Program-made: the position numbers and the translations under genes
Source: Lytechinus pictus
Taxonomy: Eukaryota
Length of the DNA stretch: 64,000 nucleotides
NCBI RefSeq assembly: GCF_037042905.1
Contig: NC_087245.1
Coordinates: 7,690,001-7,754,000, forward strand
Reading direction: 5' to 3'
In this document: positions 37,350 through 49,767 of the stretch, piece after piece
Layout: each line of letters starts with the position of its first letter
Numbering within the stretch: position 1 is the stretch's first letter
The notes under the pieces: model-generated
Databases searched by the model: none
Seen by the model: only the letters and a program-made list of their open reading frames with translations
Told to the model about the DNA's origin: nothing

Positions 37350-37842
37350 GCTGAATGCCCGACATATACCTATGTAGATTAAAACAGCTCGGGAGAGGGT
37401 ACGCGGCACGTCCTTACTCGTTGATGGTCATACTCCAATCTCTAAATAATTTTCCGATACTATCGATATCAAACGATGTCGCGGACTTGGAAGACAAAAT
37501 TGCCTTCGTGAAACGGAAAGCGCTGATTTGTCGCCAATCTTCCTATCTCGGAAGAATGGTCCTAGGACGTTCCTACGTATCGCTCATCTCGTCATGCAAC
37601 AGGCCCCAGGCCTACATGAAGAGGCGATGATTATTGCCCTGCGCGTAAAAGTTACTATCGTATTTAACGTGGAAAAGGTTTACGGTTCACCATGTGTAAT
37701 ATGAAGACGGGAAGAAAATACAGGCAGAAAGACTGAAATGGAAAGACGAGATAGGATGAAAAGAGAAAATGAGAAGTATTCTTCTCTTGAAAGTGATTGA
37801 AGTCCTGAAAGGGACTGTACACCAGATGAGATGAGCTGAATA

Positions 37843-39248
37843 CAACCGCGTAGCCAGGATTTCATTTTGGAGGGGGCGGTAAATGCACGCGAAGCGCGCC
37901 AACTCTTACAGAGCGCGCGAAGCGCGAAGCTTTTTGGTGTTTCATAGATTAAAATGAAAAGGAGCCGTCTCTCTTGTCTCTAGTACCTATATCAGCTCCA
38001 ATTCAGTTGACAATATTGTGATTTTGAACCTTTTTTTCATGAACCTTGTCTTCAAAAGTGATTGTGAGCGACCGCATAAAAAAGGAATACAATGGAGGAA
38101 ATTAAAATAATAATAACGAAGCGCGGAAGCTAAAGCGTTTTTTCATTTTTTTTCTGCCATGAAAAGGGTCCCGATAAAAGGGTATTTTCAAAGATATATT
38201 GAATACTTCCCTTGGAAAGATCAGATTTGATTACAAACAATTAGCGACAGTGCATAACTCGCAAAATAGAGGAGAAGAAGTGTATTATGCCGGGAGGAAA
38301 AAGTGTATTATGCCGGGAGGAAGATATTCCTCCCCGCGCAGAGCAATGAAACTCTGAAATTTCAAAGGGCGGACGTTCCATCAAATGCAGATATCTCTTA
38401 TACCCCATCGGCTCTAATTCAATTGATTTTCTAAGATTATTGAACTTCATTACAAGGAAAATAGTGCGCAAAAAGTTGAAACTTCTGTGATTTATTGAAA
38501 TTATATAAAAAAAAGGATGCCTAATTTCTTTGACTTATATCCTGAAGCGCTTCATTTTGAATTATAAAGAAACATAAGTGTCATTCAAAATTTCAAACTG
38601 AGTGCGCAAAACAGGACAGAGGATGAATATGCAGGGAAATGACATAAACTTTAATAGAATTTGATAATAAATATTGTACTTTTTTATTTAATACGACACG
38701 AATTTTATTCCTTCCTCTTTTTAAATTAGGAACCTGTTTGCCCCAAAATTATGGTTGTTTAGTAATGAGCTGAAAAGCGGGAGAAGTTGACTTTATGGAG
38801 GTGACGGCAGAAATTGATATAAAGATTTTACCCTCCCGCAGCCGACCCGTCCAGAAGTTGCGCGATCAATTAAAAAAAAGATAACTTCATATACTTCGGC
38901 CTAACCTTACTCTAATTCCATGCCCTAATGTATACATTTGAACTTAAACTGGCAAAAAACACATATAGCTGAGGTGGAAAAACAGGGTTAGAGAAAGGGT
39001 GGGGGAAACAATGGAGAACTTCAATATTATCATTCAACCGCGCGCAGCGCGGAAGCAAAATTCATAGCAAGAGTGAAGGAGTTTCTCTTTTGAGAAAAAA
39101 AAAAAAAAAAAAAAACCCACAAAGCTACCTTTCTCCCCTTTCCTTCCTTCCCTTTTCCTTTTCTCCCCTTTTTTTTTTCTTTTTGGGGACGTTTTTTTGG
39201 GGGGGGCGACCGCCCCCACCGCCCCCCCCCCCCCTGGCCACGCGCCTG
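37843..39248. mobile_element. hAT-type non-autonomous element, copy 2 (same family and orientation)
   Basis: Collinear with 35867-37284; perfect 8-bp TSD GCTGAATA. Confidence 0.92.
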
Positions 39249-41044
39249 GCTGAATATGGCTTGAGTAGCGATGGTTTGAGTACTAGCAGGTTGAAGTGAA
39301 GAGAGGTTACTCGACGTTTCGGGCTGGTTGACTGGCCGTCTTCGCTTCAGGATCTAGAGTGAACATGAAGACGGTGAATGAATATCAAAGTCCGCCAGAG
39401 GAGAATAGCGCCGCCTAGTGTGTGATGACGCAGAATCCTCAACTTTATCTTCATGTCTTTTATCTATCAGTATCATCTCATTGTTATCAAATTTATCACC
39501 GACACTTTAAAAACCCATGCTCAATATCATTGTCATACCCACCGTAAAAATAACCATCACCGCCATCATCTTTATCGTCATTATCAGCATCGTAATCAAA
39601 ATCTTCGCTCGTATCATGAGAATAATCTCCCCACTCCCGTCATTACTATCTTTATCATCATGACATGATTGATCACCAATATCATTTCATATCCGACTAT
39701 TGATTGTGAACAATTTATTTCAGTCTTTTAAGATTGTCGAATCTTAGGTAATTTGACATGGGGGAAGGATTCTTTATTTATTTCAATAAACCAATATAGA
39801 AATTGAATGGAGCATCATCATCAACAACATCACCACCACCACCACACTCGTAGTCATCACCACTACCTCATCAGAAACCATCTTTTGCTACATGTTGTTG
39901 CCATGGAGAATCGATGCTTAGTTCTTTGTGCTTAAGACGGTTTGCCATCTTTATGGACCTAATCCTTCCTATCATGAATATTTTCTGCAGTATTGCATAT
40001 CACTGTTAACTAAACCTAGTATGAGTACAAAATTATTAAACGATGAGAACGCACATGAATGATACTATAGGAAATAGAAGAAAATGCGAGAGAGAAAGCG
40101 ACAAAACAAGTTTTTAAGTTTTGTTTCCTGTGAGGCCATCCCAATTCACCACCTTGTGGTACAAGGGAATTTCGAAAGAAGGAGGAATAGATTACAAAAG
40201 GGAATTTATATGCCATCGAAATGACTGGATGCAAGTGGTAACTGGCTATGAATATGCATTTTGTGCGACACATCTTTCTTCATAATCGGTCCGCTCTTCT
40301 CCCCCAATGTATCTTGAAAAAGAATATCCACCCCTGGTACTGTAGGGAGATGTGTTTAATAGTTTGACCGCCAAGTTAATATTGATGGTACCAGTATTGT
40401 TTGGCTTCATAAAAGAATAATTGAATATAATTAATTTAATCTGAGTATAATAAAATATAATTTGAATTCACCTCACATCTTATGGTTTTGATGACTTTTA
40501 TTCGCTAGACGGGAATCACCTGCGCAATTATAATTACAACTATAATTATATATAGGAGACTCCCCAAAACAATAAATGATAAGATAACAACAATTGAAAA
40601 TGTATAAATATTGGTCTGTCTTGAACTATATATGTATAAAAAAAAAAGGGGGGGGGGGTGGAAGAGCATTTTGCCATGTTTACGGTAAGATTATTATCTA
40701 TCTATGCAGGATTATGATCATCATAAAAAATCAATAGATCATACAAACTTTTCAAAAGTATATGAATTATTTTTCACAAACAAAGCAATTGTATTACTTT
40801 CTTTTACACCAAAATGTTGTATAAAATCATTGAATACGAGCGACCCAAGCCGGAACTATTTTGATTGTTGAGAGTGAAGGAAGATGTGCAAGTTCGATAC
40901 AACCATGACAAAACAGCAACAACAACAAAAAAAGATTTCATTTGCTATCTCACTCTGTCACTCCCCTCTTTCTCTCCCCTTATCTCACTTTCTCTCTCTC
41001 TCCGTTTCTTAATTGTCTTCATTTTCTACCTTTCTTCTCATTAA

Positions 41045-41546
41045 AGGACTAGTCCACCCCAACAAAAAGTTGATTTTAATAGAAAGGGAAAAATCTAACA
41101 AGCATAACACTGAAAATTTCATCAAAATCACATGTAAAATAAGAAAGTTATCAAGTTCCGCTTAATTCACAAAACAGTTATTTGCACATCCTGGTCGGAA
41201 TGCAAATGACGGAACTGATGACATCACTCACTCACTATATATTTCTTTTATATTTTATTATATGAAATATGAGATACTCAATTTTTTTCCTCATTATCCT
41301 GTACGTGAAACAAAGTTTTATTCCTCCCTGAACATGTGGTGTTACCATTGTTACAACATTTTATGACTCAATTAGTTGTTCCATAAAAAAAATTGTATGA
41401 TTCAATCAATTAAAACAAAAAAGAAATAGTGAGTGATGGGCACCACCGACTCTCTTATTTGCATGCACACTTATAATGTTGGGCAACATACTGTCCACTG
41501 TGTTGGGTAATGTATGTTGGTAATATATATATATATATATATATTA

Positions 41547-41586
<40 letters not shown>

Positions 41587-41790
41587 CCCAATTATTAGTT
41601 TTTGTTGCAACTTGGACAGATTTTAACCAATACTTGTGTGGACAGTATGTTACCCAGGGTTGGGTAAATGTTTGGCATTTTTGCCCAACTATTTTACGAA
41701 TGTGTCACTGAGTTGTGTATGATTTATAACTGTTTTGTGAAAAATAAGCGCAACTTTAAAATGTCATAATTTTCTTATTTTACGTAAGAT
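41045..41790. mobile_element. Kolobok-like MITE, right end missing, with an inverted-repeat insertion at ~41466-41704; further fragments at ~42230-42665, ~43697-43822 and ~62945-63225
   Basis: TTAA|AGGACTAGTCCACCCC start; internal sequence shared with the complete copy at 48921-49492. Confidence 0.65.
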
Positions 41791-44029
41791 TTTTCTGAGG
41801 TGGCCGGAGATCAAGAATTAGATGAGTATGAGCAAGTTCGGCGTTTCTTTGCAATGAGACCTTTACCATATCCAGTGAAAACATTGTCCATAATTATTCC
41901 AAACTAGCTATTTTCTTTAATAGCCCGTTGCGTTAATCAGCTGAAATGAGTTAGTGGTGAGTAGGGATTTCCCGCTAAATTCAAGAGGAAATCACCATAG
42001 TTTATTGTAAATTATTATCCAAACAATCAAAATTAGAGTCCGATATTGTCCCAATCAAAATAGGTGATTGTATAGTGAGCCATATAATATTCAACATGGC
42101 GCATGAGACGATGCGCCACCCCTATAAAATGTATTCTAAATATGAAAAGGACAACATAAATTGTGTATACAATTTTTTTTCTTCTTCTTCTTATTCTTAT
42201 TTTTCTCCTTCTTCTTGGATATGCTTAAAAATCCAACAAGTATAACACTAAAAATTTCATCAAAAAGAAAAAGTTAATTTAAATGTAAAGATAAAAATCC
42301 AACAAGTATAAACTTTGAAAATTTCATCAAAATCGGATACAAAATAAGATTTTTTAAAGTTTTGCTTAATTTCGCAAACATAAGATATGCACACCCTGGT
42401 ACGTCGATATACAAATAAGGGGCGCCAGGGACTGATAACATTACCAACTCACTATTTCTTTTGTATTTCATTATGTGAAATATTTAATTTGGCCTCATTG
42501 TCATGAGAAATGAGGTTTTATTCCTTCCTGAGCACGTGGTATTACCATTATTTTAACATTTTGGCGATTCAGTCAAGTTGCTCATTTAATTCAAACAAAA
42601 AATAAAAAAATAGTGATTGGAGGACATCATCAGCCCTCTCATTTGCTTATCTTTGTGCATAACTGTTCAGTTACGTGAAAGTCAGGGCATTCAACTGGAA
42701 AGGGGGGAAGGGAGAGAAAGACAGAAAGAAATAAATTAAAAAAAGAAAGAAAGAAAAAGAAGGAAGGAAGGAAAGAAAGAAAGACTGAGAATGAAGAGAG
42801 AAAGAAAGAAAGAAAAAAAAACAGAAGGAAAGAAAGAAAAAAGAAAGAAAGAAAGAAATAAAGAAAGAAAGGGAAATGAAATCAGAAGAAAAGGAGGAAA
42901 GAGGGGGAAAAACGAAAAGAAAGGAAATGGAAAAGGAAAAAGAAAAGAAAGTATAGGCCTATAATGAGAAGAAAGATAAAACGGATAAAAAAGATAGCAC
43001 GGCTTGGCTGCCGATCGAGAATTAAAACTAAAGAACGGGGAAGAATGAATGGGATGGCACATGTGCATGAAGTCTATAACCTTGCCCAGTTCCCCTGAAG
43101 AAGCATTTCTATGTCCCTATAGTCAAGACATGCCCCTTTAATGACATAATCAGAATTTTATTTTAGAAGGCTCAATTTCTTTTCGATCGCTTCGCTGGCT
43201 CGCTGCGTTTTAGATTTTTTTTTCACATTTGTTATGTTGTGCCCCTCAAAATGTTTGGTTTATTAATAACATTACGCCATTGCGTTGAAGTAATGTGTTG
43301 TGTAAAACCTATAGGCCTATGGCTGACTCTCGAGAGGATCCAGGGGCTCCGCACTCGGACCCCTCCAACACAGCATTGGCGTACGTGCAAATGAAAGTGG
43401 TGGGCCCCAAAAACTTCTTAAAAAAAATGTAAGATGTTTTATTTTCTACCACGAAGTAAAATTAACGAAAAGGTGAACAAACTTCTCGCTCACTAGGGAT
43501 TTTATCAATTATTATCATTAAGTATTTTATTACTTTTTTTACTCATGACGCTAGTGCCGCCTAGAGCTTCGCGCTAACGCTCGCGTACAATGATTGAAAA
43601 TCCTGTTCACATCACCATAATTATGATATAATTTATGACTGGGAAATTTTTGGGCCCCTCCCACTGCCTATGGCCCTGAATACGCCCCTGGCCCTGTAAC
43701 TCTTTTGTGAAAAATGAGCAAATGTCATAACTTTCTTATTTTACTTCCAATTTTGATGAAATTTTCAGCGTTATGCTTCTCTTTTGATTAAAAACCAACA
43801 TTTTTCTGGGGTGGACTTGATCTTTAAGAAAGGTATAGTAGATTGTCATAGTGCTGCAAATTAAGGTAGTCAAGACAGCCCGATCCAACGCGATAGCCCT
43901 TGTAAAAAAAAACCATGGTTTGATGTTAAGGTAAAACCATGGTTTTGCATTGGATCCATCGTGCAGTAATTTCATAGTTTAACCATAGTAAGATATGGTT
44001 TAATTATGGTGAAATCATGGTGCACTAGT

Positions 44030-45890
44030 GTTTAACCATAGTTAAACTATAGCTTTAGCATGGGTAAACCATGGTAACCATGGTTAAATGGTGTTAAATT
44101 GGAACGCACTTACCATGACATTACTATGGCATAACCATGGTCACAACTGTGTTTTTACCATATTTTAACAATGGTTAAGAAAGTATAAAACCATGGTAAA
44201 GAGAAGGTGAAACCATGGTTAGAAAAAGGTGAAACCATTGTTTTACAGCTGCCAAACCACATAATTACAACCCGAATCACGGTAAAACCATAATCAATTG
44301 TATGGTAGACCCACCTTTTGACCATAGTGCAATATTGTATGATGATGGTTAAACCATGTCAAAGTACTGTCTAGCCATGGTTTAACCATGGTTTACCACG
44401 GTTAAACTATAGGTTTAGCATGGGTAAACCATGGTAACCATGGTTAAAAGGTGTTAAATTGGAACGCACTTACCATGTCATTACTATGGCATAACCATGG
44501 TCACAATTATGTTTTTACCATCGTTTAACAATGGTTAAGAAAGTATAAAACCATGGTAAAGAGAAGGTGAAACCATGGTTAGAAAAAGGTGAAACCATTG
44601 TTTTACAGCTGCCAAACCACATAATTACAACCCGAATCACGGTAAAACCATAATCAATTGTATGGTAGACCCACCTTTTGACCATAGTGCAATATTGTAT
44701 GATGATGGTTAAACCATGTCAAAGTACTGTCTAGCCATGGTTTAACCATGGTTTACCACGGTTAAACTATAGGTTTAGCATGGGTAAACCATGGTAACCA
44801 TGGTTAAAAGGTGTTAAATTGGAACGCACTTACCATGTCATTACTATGGCATAACCATGGTCACAATTATGTTTTTACCATCGTTTAACAATGGTTAAGA
44901 AAGTATAAAACCATGGTAAAGAGAAGGTGAAACCATGGTTAGAAAAAGGTGAAACCATTGTTTTACAGCTGCCAAACCACATAATTACAACCCGAATCAC
45001 GGTAAAACCATAATCAATTGTATGGTAGACCCACCTTTTGACCATAGTGCAATATTGTATGATGATGGTTAAACCATGTCAAAGTACTGTCTAGCCATGG
45101 TTTAACCATGGTTTACCACGGTTAAACTATAGGTTTAGCATGGGTAAACCATGGTAACCATGGTTAAAAGGTGTTAAATTGGAACGCACTTACCATGACA
45201 TTACTATGGCATAACCATGGTCACAATTATGTTTTTACCATAGTTTAACCATGGTTAAGAAAGTATAAAACCATGGTAAAGAGAAGGTGAAACCATGGTT
45301 AGAAAAAGGTGAAACCATTGTTTTACAGCTGCCAAACCACATAATTACAACCCAAATCACGGTAAAACCATAATCAATTGTATGGTAAACCCACCTTTTA
45401 ACCATAGTGCAATATTGTATGATGATGGTTGAACCATGTCAAAGTACTGTCTAGCCATGGTTTAACTATGGTGTACCACGGTTAAACTATAGGTTTAGCA
45501 TGGGTAAACCATGGTAACCATGGTTAAAAGGTGTTAAATTGGAACGCACTTACCATGGCATAACCATGGTCACAACTGTGTTTTTACCGTACCATAACCA
45601 CGGTTAAGAAAAGGTGAAACTATGGTTAAGAAAGTATAAAACCATGGTAAAGGGTAGGTAAAACCATGGTAAAGCGAAGGTGAAACCATGGTTAGAAAAC
45701 GGTGAAAACATTGTTTTACAGCAGCCAAACCACATAATTACAACCCAAATCACGGTAAAACCATGATCAATCATATGGTAAAACCACCTTTTAACCATTA
45801 GTGCAATATTGTATGATGATGGTTAAACCATGTCAAAGTACTGTCTAACCATGGTTTAACCATTGTATACCACGGTTTAACTATAATGTG
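44030..45890. repeat. Left subterminal tandem array, 360-bp period (~5 units), rich in AACCATGGTT
   Basis: Matching lines at 44041, 44401, 44761, 45121 and 45481. Confidence 0.95.
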
Positions 45891-46659
45891 CCACAGTTAA
45901 TCGATGGTTTCATTGTAGATAAACCATGGCTACCATGGTTTAACCGTGGTTACAACCTTGTTTTTATTGTGGTAAATCCATCGTTTCAAAGTGTCTTTAC
46001 TATGGTTAAGAAAAGGTGAAACAATGATTTTAAAACAGAAACGGCGATAATAACATGGTTATGCAATGAAATCCAAAGTATAACCATGGTTTCACTACAA
46101 ACCAATCATAGAATTACCATGGTCTTGCATCCTCAAAATCATGGTAAAAGCATGGTTAATATTGGATCCATTGTGCGACATACCCATGGTTTAACCATGG
46201 TGCATGATGGTCTGATGATGGTTAAACCATGGTGCACCTTGGTCTGCCCATGGTTTGGACATCCTTCAACCGTGATCGTACTACAGTTACTGTGATTTCA
46301 CTATGGTAAATTTGAAAGGATTTACAACAGTATTACCATTTCCATTCATGAATTCATCGTGCATAAATTATCTCGGCACGAGCAGACGACTTAGACTCGA
46401 ACTATGATCGAAATAAACTTCGAATTAGTGGTGAATAGGCATCATAATTACACAATAGGTGTTATTTTGGGGGCAATGTAGATCAAGTAAGTAGTAGTCA
46501 AGTTGGACATTACTGTTTATTTTGATGATTGTGTTAACCAAGCAAATCGGCCGGTCGACGTATTTTTTTTTTCTTTTCGATGCACCGATTTCGCAAAAAT
46601 CTGCACCGGCGCTCGATGACATCGATCAAACACCGATTTTAAAAACGATCAAAGTTATG

Positions 46660-46940
46660 ATATTTCAAAATCTTTGAGTTTTTTATATTGACACCTAAAC
46701 ATGGCCTAAGTTCAGTAACCCCAGATGACCTTTGACCTTGATCATGTGACCTGAAATGTATAGCAGATCGATCAGTGATACTTGGTTACCCTTATACCCA
46801 AGTTTCATGAAATAGGACCAAATTCTTCCAAAGTTATTATACCATTTCGAAAACTTAACCAAGGTTAAGATTTGGTGTTGACGCCGCCGCCGGAAAAGCG
46901 GCGCCTATGTCTCACTTCTGCTATGCAAGTGAGACAATAA
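46660..46940 (-). mobile_element. 5' fragment of a family A-related Helentron-type element
   Basis: Reverse complement of the family A 5' end (GGTGTTGACGCCGCCGCCGGAAAAGCGGCGCCTA...GTGAGACAA). Confidence 0.75.
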
Positions 46941-47919
46941 AACCGTGGTTCTCAAACTCAAACCAAAGTTTAACTGTAGTTTCACAGCCAGAAACGATGA
47001 TAAATCCCTGGTTCTACAAACCAAACCACAGTAGAGCCATGGTTTTACAACCGACCTCTGGTATAACCATCAACTGCTATACCACCCAAACCAGAGTATA
47101 ACCATGGTCGTATGGTCATACACAGCATACACGTCATCCAAGCTGTCTGCTTTTTACCTCTATCATATTATCTGCTGAAATGAGATAAAGTGGAAACTCA
47201 GTATAAGGAGGACCTTGGGATCATGAACCTTGTTATTATACCTGGAATCTAACTTCACCAGGGCACAAAAACAAAAGGACCTTGGACCGGCAAATTTGAC
47301 TGTTATATTGGGAATCTCTGTATATTGAGTTTCTAGTGTATCAGCGAAAGAAAAGAGTCAATTAAAATACAGTTACAATGTACACATTCGGCTACATCAT
47401 CAAAGAGCCACATTGGTGATGGTATAATAAGAAATTACATTTAAAATTGTAGGTCAGTCAGACAGATAATATGACAGAGGTCATATTCCACACTACACAT
47501 CGCCACTTATTGTATCAATCAGTGAGTGATCACACAATGACCTAAAAAGGGACAAAATGCAAATCAGTGTTAAGAACAACGCAATGAAAACTTTTAATAA
47601 AAATAAAGTCAAACACATCTAATACAGTACTACATGTACAGCTCTGGAAACATTACCCAAGTTAGCTGACAAAAGAGGCAAGTCTTTATACATGGCAGGT
47701 TTGAATACATATCTATAAAAGAACCCACATAAATTTTAATACATTCTTTATAAATTTTGTACTTTTCACACAAACAGTTAGCACAGATATGGCAAGCTAA
47801 ATTAAGTAAGGAATGTATACATGTACTCCTGAAAACTGTTTTATTACTGCTGATTTCATATAACTGATTTGGCCAAGAAGACATGTTAGAAAGACTTTAT
47901 ACGAAAAACAAAAGAAAAT

Positions 47920-48670
47920 AACTAGATGGATTCTCGACTGCACACAGTCGAAATTTATGCCTCCGCCATTGCCACTAGATCAGAAATATGTTGCACAGGT
48001 AATTTCCCATAAATCTTCAAATTTGTTCTATTCTTTTTATATTAAATAATTTATAATTTTTCTTTGGTTTATCACAAGAACAATTTCATGCATACACTGA
48101 CCTACAATCAAACTTGATATATGAAAATAATTTTTAGTATTCATAAAACACAAGAAAATTACTAAATGGATAAAAAAGTTGTAAGTATATGACCTTTATG
48201 ACCTTTGAACTTGGCCCTGCAATCCCCCCAAATTACCCCCCCCCCTATATCAAGCATATATGTACCAAGTTTGGAGTTACTTCCTCTAACATTCCTTTAG
48301 TTACACAAGAACAAGATATTTTAAGGCATACTGACCTCTGTGACCTTTGACCATGTGACCCCAAAATCCAATCAGATCATTCTCCCTCTATTATGTATAT
48401 AAAGAATGTACCAAGTTTGAAGTTATTAGCTCCAATGGTTAAGTTATCACAAGAACAGGACATTTTAAGGTATATAACGACCTCTGTGACCTTTCACCCG
48501 TGACCATAAAATCAAAACAAAGTATTATCCCCCCAGGATATACCCTCATACCAAGTTTGATGTAAAACCACTCCACGGTTCTTGAGATTTCGACAAAACA
48601 AAACGGGACGGACGTACGGACGACCCGAAAACGTAATGCCTCCGGCCACTTCGTTGGCGGAGGCATTAAA
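47920..48670 (-). mobile_element. Helentron-type non-autonomous element, family C
   Basis: Subterminal IR ATGCCTCCGCC / GGCGGAGGCAT, hairpin TCGACTG-CACA-CAGTCGA next to AACTAGA, (ACGG)n microsatellite, internal TGACCT repeats. Confidence 0.8.
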
Positions 48671-48920
48671 CAATCATAAATATTCTAAATAAATTAAGAG
48701 TTAGCACAGATATGTCAAGCTTAATTAAGTATGGAATGCAGAATGATGTCATATACTCCTGAAAACTGTTTTGTTTGGGCTGTTGATCTTATAAGATTTG
48801 GTTTGACTGAGAAGACAAGGTAGAAAGACTATATGTATATACAAAAAAAAATCCCTGAATAAACTAAATAAATTAATGTACTTTTCACACACAGAGGTAA
48901 CACAGATATGGCAAGATTAA

Positions 48921-49492
48921 AGGACAAGTCCACCCCCCCCCCAAAAAAAAAAAAAAAAAAACCTTGATCTGAATAAAAAGAGAAAAATTCAACAAGCATA
49001 ACACTGAAAATTTCATCAAAATCGGAAGTAAAATAAGAAAGTTATGACATTTTAAAGTTTTGCTTCATTTCACAAAACGCTTATATGCACACCTCAGTCG
49101 GTATGCAAATGAGGGAACTGATGACATCACTCACCCACTATTTCTTTTGTATTTTATTATATGAAGTATGAAATATTTTGATTTTCTCGTCATTGTCATG
49201 TGAAATGAAGTTTCATTCGTCCCTGAACACGTGGAATTCAATTATTTTAACATTTTGTGCTTCAGGCAAGGAGGTCCTAATCATCAAATTCGTAAAAATT
49301 GAAATATTGTATAATTCAAACAATAAAAAACAAAAGAAATAGTGAGTGACATCATTGGCTCACCTAGTTGTGCATATCACTGTTTTGTTGAAAATAAGCG
49401 AAACTTTAAAATTTCATGCTAGTTTGATTTTTCTCTATTTATTCTTTTCTCTATTTATTCAAATCAGCATTTTCCTGGGGTGGACTAGACCT
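48921..49492. mobile_element. Kolobok-like MITE (TTAA TSD)
   Basis: TTAA|AGGACAAGTCCACCCC ... GGGGTGGACTAGACCT|TTAA. Confidence 0.82.
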
Positions 49493-49767
49493 TTAATTTG
49501 AAGATTAGAGACATTGAGTCAAATTTTCAAAATCAGTCAATGAAATATACACTACTCAATGCATCCTCTTCCCAGTGATACATGCTAGCAGGTTTTACAT
49601 CCATATTTCATACTGTTAAGGTGACATTGCATTAACAAAGATATTACCTGAATTTCACAAATTTACTTTCGAGCTATATATTCCAAAATATATCCAGATC
49701 ATCTCCTATAGTGGTACATGTTAGCACCAAGTTTCACATTTATATTTCAAATTGTTAAGGTGACAAT

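Larger units (their letters stand above)
26010..37441 (-). mobile_element. Near full-length L1/Tx1-clade LINE (boundaries approximate)
   Basis: ORF1 and ORF2 on the same strand in the expected order; AATAAA plus a short A-rich end near 26010-26035; possible CTAAAT duplication at 26004-26009 and 37442-37447. Confidence 0.75.
23529..37607. mobile_element. PIF/Harbinger-like element expanded to 14 kb by the nested L1/Tx1 insertion
   Basis: Perfect 16-bp TIR GGGGCCTGTTGCATGA (23529) / TCATGCAACAGGCCCC (ends 37607) with similar subterminal motifs; TSD imperfect (AAG/CAG). Confidence 0.65.

Noticed and set aside
39453..39880. His-rich ORF
   Set aside because: Decayed (CAT/CAC)n microsatellite.
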